From positions 2,560,001 to 2,624,000 of the forward strand of contig OY969585.1 in assembly GCA_963701295.1 (NCBI GenBank): 64,000 nucleotides of DNA, in the 5' to 3' direction. The position numbers and the translations under genes were made by a program. This document shows positions 47,654 through 56,947 of the stretch, in pieces. Source of the DNA: Ignavibacteriota bacterium. GTDB lineage: Bacteria; Bacteroidota; Ignavibacteria; UBA10030. Each line of letters begins with the position of its first letter. The first letter of the stretch is position 1. A model generated the notes under the pieces. The model had not been told where the DNA came from. It did no database searches and saw nothing but the letters and a program-made list of their open reading frames with translations.

Positions 47654-48843
47654 TGCAAGAACCAACAACGATAGAAAAAGCAGAACTGAAAATTCCAACA
47701 ACGCTGAAGGCATTGGTGGAAGCACTCATCTTTGCAGCGCATGAACCGCTTTCGATTAACCAGATTCGTGCGATCTATGAAGGTGATGATGTGCGAAATA
47801 ATGGATTAAAGCAAATTGAACCGGAGACCATCAGGCAAAGCGTAACGGATCTGAACAGAGAGTACGAAAAAAGCGATCGACCATATCGCATTGTGCAAAT
47901 TGCAGGCGGATATCAGTTCGCGACATTATCTGAGTATGCAGAGTGGCTTGGGAAACTCTATAAAGAACAGGGACGACGAAAGCTGTCGCAATCAGGTGTG
48001 GAAACACTTGCGATTGTAGCTTACAAACAGCCCATCACGAAAGCGGAGATAGAGAAAATCCGCGGAGTGAATTGTGATTATGTACTCAAGACACTGTTAG
48101 AGAAAGAATTGCTTACCGTAACTGGACGTGCGGAAAGTGTTGGCCGTCCGCTTCTCTATGGCACAACGAAGGAATTCCTAAAACACTTTGGATTGAACGA
48201 TATCACCGATCTCCCACGTCCGAGAGAGATTGAAGAAATTCTCGGTGAAAGCCAGTTCGAGACAGAGCGCAGAATGTTGGAAGCGCAAGAAGGCGCCGAG
48301 CTCATGAAGAAAGATCAGGAAGACTTCAAGTCGCGCTTACCGCATATTCCAAGGAAGAAACCGGACCTTGAAGAGAAAAATGTCGAAATCATTCAGAGTA
48401 AAAAGACACATGAGATCAGAATTGTGCCGATTGTGGATCGCAAGCTTTTAGAAGAGGCAGGACAGGAAACGATCGTATTCAACTTAGAGGATGTGCCGCC
48501 GGTAGAGCAATTACTTTCACCGTCTGTCACAGAAGAAGAATCAAAAGGGAAATCGCCGTTCATTTCTTCTCAGGAAGATATTCAGAAAGAAGTTGACGAG
48601 CAAGAATATTCTGTTCAAATGCCGAACGAATTGGTGGCTGAGCCGATTGCTGAAATCTCTAAAAATGAAGAAGAGATAATACAAGAACAAGCAATTGAAG
48701 CAGATGTACTAAAAGCTAAGACCGAGAATACAGTTAAGCGCGCAGAGGTAAACATAACAGAGGAAAAAAATATTCAACACTCAAAACGTTGGAAGGTATG
48801 GAAAGAAAGAATTCAGGGCTTCATAAAGAAACTGTTCGCCTGA
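47653..48843 (+). CDS. scpB: SMC-Scp complex subunit ScpB with long acidic C-terminal extension
   Basis: EALIFAA.EPL, AGGYQ, ETLAIVAYKQP.TK..IE.IRGV and GRP.LYGTT..FL..FGL....LP motifs, followed by about 190 extra residues. Confidence 0.93.
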   Translation: MQEPTTIEKAELKIPTTLKALVEALIFAAHEPLSINQIRAIYEGDDVRNNGLKQIEPETIRQSVTDLNREYEKSDRPYRIVQIAGGYQFATLSEYAEWLGKLYKEQGRRKLSQSGVETLAIVAYKQPITKAEIEKIRGVNCDYVLKTLLEKELLTVTGRAESVGRPLLYGTTKEFLKHFGLNDITDLPRPREIEEILGESQFETERRMLEAQEGAELMKKDQEDFKSRLPHIPRKKPDLEEKNVEIIQSKKTHEIRIVPIVDRKLLEEAGQETIVFNLEDVPPVEQLLSPSVTEEESKGKSPFISSQEDIQKEVDEQEYSVQMPNELVAEPIAEISKNEEEIIQEQAIEADVLKAKTENTVKRAEVNITEEKNIQHSKRWKVWKERIQGFIKKLFA

Positions 48844-49577
48844 ACCGTTATCTCGCCATGGCGGGTATTGGTTCCAGGAGAAAGAATGATGATTTGATTC
48901 TTTCTGGTGCAGTAAAAGTGAATGGGCGCGTTGTGCAAAAATTGGGCGTCCAAGTTCATATCGGCAGTGACAAGATTTCTATCAATGGAGAGTTGGTCAA
49001 TCTCGAAGAGAAGCTTGTCTATATCCTTCTAAACAAACCAAAAGATACCATCACAACGACGAGCGATGAAAAGGGTCGTACGACTGTCATGAAATATGTT
49101 CGCGTGAAGGAGCGTGTTTTTCCGGTCGGCAGGTTAGATAGGAATACAACAGGTGTATTGCTTTTCACGAATGACGGCGATCTTGCAAATGCATTGATCC
49201 ATCCGAAGTTTGAAATTGAAAAAATGTACCGCGTAACGCTCGATCGTCAAGTGACTGATGAGGATTTAAAAAAGCTTCGGAAAGGTGTTCGTCTTGAAGA
49301 TGGTCCGGCAAGGGCAAGCACTGCAGATATGATAGAGGGCTCCAAACGAAAGAAAGTGCTGCTTACGCTTCGGGAGGGACGAAATCGTGAAGTGCGGAGA
49401 ATGTTCGAGGTCATCGGACATGATGTACGCCAGCTTGACCGCGTTTCTTTTGCAGGGCTCACACCACTTGGGCTTCCGCGCGGAAGTTCGAGATATTTAA
49501 CTCGAAGCGAGGTCAACAACCTTAAAAAACTCACCGGCGCAATAAGCAGAAAAGAGATCGATGAGATTTCCTCATAG
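48798..49577 (+). CDS. rluB: 23S rRNA pseudouridine synthase (RluB/RsuA family)
   Basis: S4 domain (RLN.YLA..G..SRR), PVGRLD..TTG.LL.TNDG and EGRNREVRRM motifs; syntenic with scpAB. Confidence 0.88.
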   Translation: MERKNSGLHKETVRLNRYLAMAGIGSRRKNDDLILSGAVKVNGRVVQKLGVQVHIGSDKISINGELVNLEEKLVYILLNKPKDTITTTSDEKGRTTVMKYVRVKERVFPVGRLDRNTTGVLLFTNDGDLANALIHPKFEIEKMYRVTLDRQVTDEDLKKLRKGVRLEDGPARASTADMIEGSKRKKVLLTLREGRNREVRRMFEVIGHDVRQLDRVSFAGLTPLGLPRGSSRYLTRSEVNNLKKLTGAISRKEIDEISS

Positions 49578-49640
49578 CAGTGGTATTCTTCTCCACCTAC
49601 ATCCTTACTCGGACAATTTGGCGCAGGGAATCTTAATGTA
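49561..49640 (+). pseudogene. malQ: 5' remnant of 4-alpha-glucanotransferase gene
   Basis: ATG AGA TTT CCT CAT AGC AGT GGT ATT CTT CTC CAC CT ACA TCC TTA CTC GGA CAA TTT GGC GCA GGG AAT CTT reads MRFPHSSGILLH(P)TSLLGQFGAGNL with a one-base deletion, matching the MalQ N-terminus (R.SGILLHPTSLP...G.G.L). Confidence 0.65.
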
Positions 49641-49733
49641 CCAACTACTATTATATTGATTGGTTATACTTAATTTTTTATCATAACAGAAATCTTATAA
49701 GACTTTTCAATTAATCTAAAATTTGGAAGAATA

Positions 49734-51269
49734 ATGACTGACAAAAAGAAAATTCAATCGACTGAACATGAACCTGAAGACTTAAACGTGCTGATGCTTC
49801 GCCGTCGGGAGGAATTAGAACAACTGACTAAGCTCGGCATCAATCCATACCCATATGAATTTTCCAGAGATGCGTTCTCTGTCCAAATTATCGAACAATT
49901 TCGTGATGATACTCAGCAGCGCATGGTAGCAGTAGCAGGACGGATTATGTCCATTCGCAGGATGGGGAAAGCATCATTCTGCCACATTCAAGATTCGCAG
50001 GGAAGAATACAGGTGTATTTGAAACGAGACGATCTTAGCACAGTGTACGATGCTTTCAAGTTGATGGATATTGGTGACATCGTTGGTGTCAAGGGATTTG
50101 TCTTTCGAACGAAGATGGGAGAAGTATCAATTCATGCATCGGAACTTATCCTATTATCAAAATCTCTTCGTCCTTTGCCTATTGCTAAAGAAAAAATTGA
50201 TGAACAAGGGAATAAAACCGTCTATGATCCATTTTCGGACAAGGAGTTACGTTACCGCCAAAGGTATCTCGATCTTGCAGTTAATCAGAATGTGCGGCAA
50301 GTGTTTGTAAAACGAGCAAAGATCATCAGTTCTCTTCGCAGGTTTTTAGATGAGCGTGGGTATCTTGAAGTGGAAACACCTGTCTTACAGCCGATCTACG
50401 GTGGCGCATCTGCGCGGCCATTTGTTACTCATCATAACGCACTCAATGTTAAGCTTTATATGCGTATCGCAGATGAATTGTATCTTAAACGCCTCATTGT
50501 CGGCGGCTATGACGGTGTGTATGAAATCTCGAAAGATTTTCGCAATGAAGGCATGGATCGGACGCATAATCCAGAGTTCACGATGATGGAACTCTATGTT
50601 GCATATAAAGATTATCGCTGGATGATGAATTTGGTAGAGGAACTTGTTTCAACAGTAGCTATGGCAATCAACGGAACGATGATTGCGAAATTAGGAAATC
50701 ATGAAATTGATTTCACGCCGCCTTGGAAAAGGGTAACTATGTTTGATGCTATCAAGGAGAAGACCGGCAAAGATCTGAGGGGCAAAGGGGAAGATGAATT
50801 GCGAAAAATCGCGAAAGAATTGCACATCGAAGTAGATCCGAAAATAGGTACAGGCGGAATTATTGATGAAATTTTCGGTGAAAAAGTGGAACCGCATTTA
50901 ATCGAACCGACATTCATCACCGACTATCCGCTTGAGATGTCACCGCTGGCAAAGAAGCACCGCCTGGAGTTGGGATTAGTTGAGCGCTTCGAGGCAATTG
51001 TGAACGGGAAGGAATTATGCAATGCGTTTTCTGAATTGAACGATCCGCTTGATCAACGATCAAGATTTGAAGAACAGATGAGACTCCTTGATCGGGGTGA
51101 TGAAGAAGCGCAAGTACTTGATGAAGATTTCCTTCGCGCTCTTGAATATGGCATGCCGCCGACAACAGGATTGGGTATCGGTATCGATCGGCTAACTATG
51201 TTGTTGACGAATCAAGATTCGATCAGGGATGTCATCTTCTTTCCACAAATGAAATCCGAAGAGCGTTAA
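49734..51269 (+). CDS. lysS: Lysine--tRNA ligase (class II)
   Basis: [34 protein letters not shown] and EYGMPPT.G.GIGIDRL motifs. Confidence 0.97.
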   Translation: MTDKKKIQSTEHEPEDLNVLMLRRREELEQLTKLGINPYPYEFSRDAFSVQIIEQFRDDTQQRMVAVAGRIMSIRRMGKASFCHIQDSQGRIQVYLKRDDLSTVYDAFKLMDIGDIVGVKGFVFRTKMGEVSIHASELILLSKSLRPLPIAKEKIDEQGNKTVYDPFSDKELRYRQRYLDLAVNQNVRQVFVKRAKIISSLRRFLDERGYLEVETPVLQPIYGGASARPFVTHHNALNVKLYMRIADELYLKRLIVGGYDGVYEISKDFRNEGMDRTHNPEFTMMELYVAYKDYRWMMNLVEELVSTVAMAINGTMIAKLGNHEIDFTPPWKRVTMFDAIKEKTGKDLRGKGEDELRKIAKELHIEVDPKIGTGGIIDEIFGEKVEPHLIEPTFITDYPLEMSPLAKKHRLELGLVERFEAIVNGKELCNAFSELNDPLDQRSRFEEQMRLLDRGDEEAQVLDEDFLRALEYGMPPTTGLGIGIDRLTMLLTNQDSIRDVIFFPQMKSEER

Positions 51270-51468
51270 GAAAAGATGAGCTGTGAAAGTTATTTGAATA
51301 CTACAGCGACCCTCTTCATGGATATCCGTATTTAAAAAAAAGACTGTGATGGCTGTTATTTGATTTTCCATCGATTTGACGTACCTTAATATACAAAGTG
51401 CAGGAAAGTATAGTTTTGAATCAATGGAACTATTTGAAAACAAGTTGATAATTCTAAAGGAAAAAGTA

Positions 51469-53097
51469 ATGAAGAAAAGATTTTCTTTGGCCGCAGTCGC
51501 GGCATTGGTGGTTGTTAGTATATTTGCCGGCATGGGAATCGATAAACTGATTTCCGCTGACAATATATACACACAGATCAAGAAGTTTGGAGATGTTCTG
51601 AGTGCCACAGACAAGGCATACGTAGAAGATGTTGATACAGGGAAACTGACCGATGCAGCGATTGTTGGAATGCTGAATACACTCGATCCACATTCTGTCT
51701 ATATTCCTCCAAAACAATATGAGAAAGTAGTTGAAGATTTCAAGGGAAAGTTTGAAGGGGTGGGAATTTCTTTCCGCATTCTAAATGACACGATCACCGT
51801 GATTGAGCCTATCGGCGGCGGACCATCAGCACGCATGGGCGTCATTTCAAATGATCGTATCGTAAAAATCAACGATTCGTCATCTATCAAATGGACCGAT
51901 CAACAAGTGATGCACACTCTCCGTGGACCAAAAGGCACGAGAGTAAAGATTTCCATTGTGCGCCCGAGTGTGAAGGAAATCCTTGAGTTCGTTATTATCC
52001 GTGATGAGATCGCGATCACGAGTGTCGATGCTGCATTTATGCTGGATAAGGAAATAGGCTATATTCTCGTGAATCAATTCAAGGAGACAACACACACCGA
52101 AATGGAAAAAGCGCTTCAAAAGCTCCACGAAGATGGAATGAAAAAGCTCATCCTTGATTTACGGAATAACGGTGGCGGGTATTTAGAAGAAGCTGTTCGT
52201 ATGGTCGATCAATTCCTTGACGGTGGAACAAACGAAAACCCACATCGAATAGTTTACACAAAAGCTCGGAAACCAGAGTTTGAAGAAACATACTCTGCGA
52301 AAACAGGCGATCCCTATGAGAAACTTCCGCTAATCATTCTTATCAATAATGCCTCTGCAAGCGCAAGCGAAATAGTAGCAGGTGCGATTCAAGACTGGGA
52401 TCGCGGGTTAATCGTCGGTGAGACCTCATTTGGCAAGGGATTGGTTCAGAGGCAGTGGCCGTTACAGGATGGTTCGGCATTCCGGCTTACGGTTGCACGA
52501 TATTATACACCGAGCGGACGTCTGATCCAGCGGTCGTATGAAGGAAAAGACAAAGATGAATATCAAATGGAAGCTTTTCAGAGGGACGAGCAGGAAGGAG
52601 ACAATCTCGAGCACAAACATGATGCGAAGCCTGATACAACTATTCCCATTTTTAAAACAAATGGTGGACGAACTGTCCTCGGTGGTGGAGGCATCACACC
52701 GGATTATGTTGTTAAATCTGAAAGGGCAACTGGATTGGTCTTGACAATATTTCGCAAGAACCTCTTCTATGACTTTATCAAAATCTATATGGAAGGACCG
52801 GGGTTTACACTGAGAAAAAAGTATGATAAACAGTATGAAGAATATAAATGGAAATATACCATATCGGATGAATTCATGAATGAGTTTCGCAAGTTTGTCG
52901 AGAGTAAAGAAATTAAAATCGATGAGAAAGAATATTTGAAAGATATTGATTTCTTAAAAGCACGGCTCAAAGCGGAAATAGCGCAAATGATTTTTGGATT
53001 CGAGGGATCTGTTGGTGTTTTGGCGGGCGTCGATAATCAAATACAGAAAGCGTTAACTCTCTTCCCAGAAGCAGAGAAAATTGCTAAACTAGAATAG
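51469..53097 (+). CDS. Carboxyl-terminal processing protease (S41 family)
   Basis: LDPHS.Y, PDZ domain, DLRNNGGG, SASASEIV.GA.QD.DR and SFGKG motifs. Confidence 0.93.
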   Translation: MKKRFSLAAVAALVVVSIFAGMGIDKLISADNIYTQIKKFGDVLSATDKAYVEDVDTGKLTDAAIVGMLNTLDPHSVYIPPKQYEKVVEDFKGKFEGVGISFRILNDTITVIEPIGGGPSARMGVISNDRIVKINDSSSIKWTDQQVMHTLRGPKGTRVKISIVRPSVKEILEFVIIRDEIAITSVDAAFMLDKEIGYILVNQFKETTHTEMEKALQKLHEDGMKKLILDLRNNGGGYLEEAVRMVDQFLDGGTNENPHRIVYTKARKPEFEETYSAKTGDPYEKLPLIILINNASASASEIVAGAIQDWDRGLIVGETSFGKGLVQRQWPLQDGSAFRLTVARYYTPSGRLIQRSYEGKDKDEYQMEAFQRDEQEGDNLEHKHDAKPDTTIPIFKTNGGRTVLGGGGITPDYVVKSERATGLVLTIFRKNLFYDFIKIYMEGPGFTLRKKYDKQYEEYKWKYTISDEFMNEFRKFVESKEIKIDEKEYLKDIDFLKARLKAEIAQMIFGFEGSVGVLAGVDNQIQKALTLFPEAEKIAKLE

Positions 53098-53104
53098 GGA
53101 TAAT

Positions 53105-53980
53105 TTGATTAAAATGAAATCGCAGCGGATTCTGGGTGGTAGTGCTATTGCTTTACTCATAGTTTCACAAACTTTTTTTTGCTTCTCAAAGCAAAACCAA
53201 GACTCTTCCGGAAATTCTGTTGAGTCGACAAAACCTCCGATAAAAAGGATGCTTCAAGTGGGAGAAGAATTGGAGTATAGTGTTCACTATTCGTTTTTCA
53301 ATATCGGAAAAATAATTTTCAGAGTAACAGATAAAGAAGAACGAAATGGAAGGACAGTGTACCATGCTTCTGCGTTCATGGATTCGAATCCATCACTCAG
53401 TTGGCTGGCTGAGCTGCATGTCCGGTTTCATAGTGAAATTGATCAAGATGCATTTTCTTACGGATGGGTGAGCGAAGATAGCTCGAGCAATAAAGTGAAA
53501 TATCGGAAAATGAGGTTCGATTATACGGGAAAAAAGATGTACTTCGAATGGGGAGAGACATTTCCATCAGGTGAGCGAAAGCAAAACGGTACAGACACTG
53601 TTGCTATTACGCAAGAATGTCAGGATGGGTTATCACTGTTCTATTATGCACGAGAACATGTGCTAGAGAAAAGGCAGAAGAGTATCCCAACCTTCATCGA
53701 CACAAACGAAGTGATAACAAAAATAAATTTGGGTGTTGAAAACTTGGAAGAAGAGATTGACGCAGTTGATTATCCGATTGATGTTGTCAAGCTGGACGGA
53801 CGTGCAGAATTTGTAGGAGTATTCGGCTTGACCGGTGCCTTTGAAGGAGTTTTTAGCAACGATCTTGCTGGTATTCCTATAACCGCAAGGATGAAAGTAG
53901 TTGTAGGAAGCGTTCGCGTGGAATTAAGGAAGTGGAAACGTGGCGATTGGATACCGCCCAAAACGACGACAGATAATTGA
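53105..53980 (+). CDS. DUF3108-like exported protein
   Basis: N-terminal hydrophobic segment; GEEL.Y.V.Y.FF..G, D.LS..YYAR and P......V.VG.V...L motifs. Confidence 0.7.
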   Translation: MIKMKSQRILGGSAIALLIVSQTFFCFSKQNQDSSGNSVESTKPPIKRMLQVGEELEYSVHYSFFNIGKIIFRVTDKEERNGRTVYHASAFMDSNPSLSWLAELHVRFHSEIDQDAFSYGWVSEDSSSNKVKYRKMRFDYTGKKMYFEWGETFPSGERKQNGTDTVAITQECQDGLSLFYYAREHVLEKRQKSIPTFIDTNEVITKINLGVENLEEEIDAVDYPIDVVKLDGRAEFVGVFGLTGAFEGVFSNDLAGIPITARMKVVVGSVRVELRKWKRGDWIPPKTTTDN

Positions 53981-54489
53981 ACAGTTTAATTTCATATCGG
54001 GGGCAAATACCGCGACTTCATCCTTCGGTATTTGTTGCTGAGGGTGCAAAGATCATTGGTGACGTGGAAATTGAAGAGAAGAGCAGCATTTGGTTTCATG
54101 CAGTTGTTCGTGGTGATGTAAATTATATTCGTATCGGTGCATGTACGAATGTTCAGGATAATTCGGTTTTGCACGTGACGACACAGACTGCACCGCTTCA
54201 TATCGGCTCGGAGGTGACTATTGGGCACAGCGCTGTTCTCCATGGATGCACTGTTGACGATTGTTGTTTGATCGGCATGGGGGCAATTGTGCTGGATGGT
54301 GTACGCATTTGCAGAAATTCTATTGTGGCTGCAGGTGCGATGGTATTGGAAGGATTTAATGTTCCGGAAGGGATGCTTGTTGCCGGAGTTCCGGCAAAAA
54401 TTAGACGATCTCTTACAGAAGAAGAAAAACAATTTTTACATCAGTGGGCTGCGAACTATGTACGCTATCGTGATAACTATCGATCATGA
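53977..54489 (+). CDS. Gamma carbonic anhydrase family (YrdA-like) protein
   Basis: Hexapeptide repeats; IIGDV, VRGD, NVQDN..LH and TIGH...LHGC motifs. Confidence 0.92.
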   Translation: MNSLISYRGQIPRLHPSVFVAEGAKIIGDVEIEEKSSIWFHAVVRGDVNYIRIGACTNVQDNSVLHVTTQTAPLHIGSEVTIGHSAVLHGCTVDDCCLIGMGAIVLDGVRICRNSIVAAGAMVLEGFNVPEGMLVAGVPAKIRRSLTEEEKQFLHQWAANYVRYRDNYRS

Positions 54490-54508
54490 ATAACCAAAGA
54501 GACATACT

Positions 54509-55411
54509 ATGAAACTTACATTTTGGGGCGTGCGCGGTTCCATTCCGACTCCTGGAAAGCATACTGTTCGCTATGGCGGCAATACTCCATGTTTGGAACT
54601 CCGTCTGGATGACGATCGGCTGATTATTTTCGATGCCGGTACAGGGATACGTAGTTTCGGTGATTATTTGATCAATAAGGGAGAATCCGTCAAAGCGCAT
54701 CTTTTCATTTCGCACCCGCACTGGGATCACATTCAGGGATTTCCATTTTTCAAGCCGGCATTCATTCCCGGCAACGAGTTGACAATTATTGGAACAGATC
54801 GTGCTGAGAAAACGCTGAACGAAATTATCTCGGAACAAATGAACCGAATCTATTTCCCAGTACAGCTTCATGATCTCAAGGCGAAGATAAAATTTGTACC
54901 AATTAGAGAAGAAGGCGAAATAAAAGTGCATGATGCGTTAGTGAAAATGATCTACGTGAATCATCCTGGATTCTCGCTTGGGTATCGCGTAGAATACAAA
55001 GGAAAGTCACTCATTTACATCAGCGACAACGAGCCGTTTGACAAGGCATCAGCGACTTTAATGAGTAATTTTGAGCCGAAAGTAAAAGAAAAATTTATGA
55101 ATGATAGCAACGGCGATCCCAACCAACGTATCTTTGATTTTTGCCGGAGCGCAGATGTGCTGATTCATGACACGACCTATACGCCGGAAGAGTACATTGA
55201 TCGTATTGGCTGGGGACACTCGGATTATCTCTTCTCGCTTCGATTAGCAGCGGAAGCGAATGTCCGGCGATTGTATATTTTTCATCACGATCAGAATCAT
55301 AGCGACGAAAAAGTGGATGACATTTTAAAAAAATGTAAAAAGGAGATCAGAAGCCGGGGGTACAAATTCGAGTGTGAAGCCGCTGTTGAGAATACAACCA
55401 TTTCTATCTGA
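54509..55411 (+). CDS. MBL-fold metallo-hydrolase (phosphodiesterase-like)
   Basis: WGVRGSIP.PG, YGGNT.C, DAGTG, SHPHWDHIQG.PFF, GWGHS and FHHD motifs. Confidence 0.88.
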   Translation: MKLTFWGVRGSIPTPGKHTVRYGGNTPCLELRLDDDRLIIFDAGTGIRSFGDYLINKGESVKAHLFISHPHWDHIQGFPFFKPAFIPGNELTIIGTDRAEKTLNEIISEQMNRIYFPVQLHDLKAKIKFVPIREEGEIKVHDALVKMIYVNHPGFSLGYRVEYKGKSLIYISDNEPFDKASATLMSNFEPKVKEKFMNDSNGDPNQRIFDFCRSADVLIHDTTYTPEEYIDRIGWGHSDYLFSLRLAAEANVRRLYIFHHDQNHSDEKVDDILKKCKKEIRSRGYKFECEAAVENTTISI

Positions 55412-55413
55412 AC

Positions 55414-55442
55414 TTGACATTCACTGAGGCGGAATGTATATT
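55414..55442 (+). promoter_or_regulatory. Putative sigma70 promoter of the hyp-ybeY-smg-topA-xerC operon
   Basis: TTGACA-N17-TATATT. Confidence 0.65.
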
Positions 55443-55559
55443 GGCGATGGTTGTTTGTACCCTGAGTGCTTGTAGCAGAACAGCAGGCTTGGATATACGA
55501 AGAACAAGTGTAGAAAAAAGAAACATGAATTAAAAAGATTTTCTTTGAGACAAGTGAGA

Positions 55560-56048
55560 ATGACATTCGAATTCAAACAAAAAGATTTTCAAAAATTGGC
55601 ACAAGTGCTGGAGGTCAAGCCGAAGCGTATTGGCAGCAGCATGCGTTTTGAAATTGAAAATATAAGACAGCAGCGTAAACTGGCAGTAGAGATCTATTCC
55701 AATATCGAAATCGGTAATCGAAAAGGAAGTCTCATTTCGGTCTATACTTCCACGGCACATCTACAGTTGCATTTCTGTACGGGGTATGTTGTCAGTAAGA
55801 TGTTAGGAGAAATTACTTTTATCGGAGAGTCAGATGGAAAACTTTCTGGCCTAACCATTGAACGCGAAGGCGGATGTTCGCTCTACGCGAATGTTGATCG
55901 AGAAATTTTATCCGGTGATTTCACAAAACTGGGACCCGAAGTAATGCTCTCGGGTATTGCATTGTCATTGACCGAATCGATTCTTCCACCGCAAGTTCAC
56001 AAGAAACCATTGGAACGTGTGCGGGGAAGGAGCCAGAAGCGGAGATGA
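55560..56048 (+). CDS. Hypothetical protein
   Basis: ORF whose stop overlaps the ybeY start (ATGA); no recognised motif. Confidence 0.7.
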   Translation: MTFEFKQKDFQKLAQVLEVKPKRIGSSMRFEIENIRQQRKLAVEIYSNIEIGNRKGSLISVYTSTAHLQLHFCTGYVVSKMLGEITFIGESDGKLSGLTIEREGGCSLYANVDREILSGDFTKLGPEVMLSGIALSLTESILPPQVHKKPLERVRGRSQKRR

Positions 56049-56482
56049 CGCAGAGAATGATTCTTATATCAACCAACCATCCTCATTTGCAGTTTTCTAG
56101 TGGGGATGTTCTCTGTACATTGCATCTTGTCTATCAAGGAGAAGGGAAGGAACTTCCTTCACTCGCAATCGTCTTTACCCATAGCCGTTCCATCAGAAAG
56201 ATGAATCGGGAATTTCTCAAACACGACTATGCAACTGATGTAATCACTTTCCCGCTTGGTGAAGATGGCGGCGTGGAAGGGGAAATTTATATTAATTTGG
56301 ATGCAGCGCGAAAACAAGCCCGTGAATATGGTGTGACGTACACTCAAGAATCGCGTCGACTGCTGATCCACGGTGCGCTTCATTTGCTTGGATACGATGA
56401 CACAACGCTACGCAGAAAGAAAAAGATGAGTGAGCGTGAGGATATGTATTTAGAATTGATGAAGAGAAAGAAAAGGAAGTAA
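56045..56482 (+). CDS. ybeY: rRNA maturation RNase YbeY
   Basis: N..F..HDY.TDVITF, GEIYI and HG.LHLLGYD motifs. Confidence 0.93.
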   Translation: MTQRMILISTNHPHLQFSSGDVLCTLHLVYQGEGKELPSLAIVFTHSRSIRKMNREFLKHDYATDVITFPLGEDGGVEGEIYINLDAARKQAREYGVTYTQESRRLLIHGALHLLGYDDTTLRRKKKMSEREDMYLELMKRKKRK

Positions 56483-56488
56483 TGAATT

Positions 56489-56935
56489 ATGCAAGAACGG
56501 ATTGTGGAGATTATATTATATCTTGTAAGTGAATTGCGTTCTAATAAACGTCTTAGTGATGTGGATGTGTCGTCACTAACGCGTGATGGTTATACACAAG
56601 GCGAAATTTCATCAGCATTTTCATGGCTCTTTGAACGTCTTTCTCTGGGAAAGTCTATGACTGATGTTACCAGCGGATCCAGCACATCACACCGTATGTT
56701 GAATGATACTGAGAAGATGGTCGTTGACTCACAAGCATACGGTTATTTGATTCAATGTCAACAGCTTGGACTTCTTAACAATATTGATGTAGAAACCATC
56801 ATTGAACGAATTATGATAGCAGGATTTACGACCATAGGATTACCGGAAATGAAATCTTTTGTTGCTGGATATTTGTTTGATCTAGAAGGCAGCAGTGGAC
56901 AAGTTTCACTTGGTATGAATGATACGATTCATTGA
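56489..56935 (+). CDS. DUF494/Smg family protein
   Basis: I.EII.YL, L...GY...EI..A..WL and R.....E...LI.....GL.....E..IER motifs; sits upstream of topA as smg usually does. Confidence 0.8.
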   Translation: MQERIVEIILYLVSELRSNKRLSDVDVSSLTRDGYTQGEISSAFSWLFERLSLGKSMTDVTSGSSTSHRMLNDTEKMVVDSQAYGYLIQCQQLGLLNNIDVETIIERIMIAGFTTIGLPEMKSFVAGYLFDLEGSSGQVSLGMNDTIH

Positions 56936-56947
56936 AGAATAGGCAGT

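Noticed and set aside
55447-55533. 28-codon leader ORF (MVVCTLS...MN) before the ybeY-topA operon
   Set aside because: Starts only 4 nt after the -10 box with no RBS and no informative codon bias.
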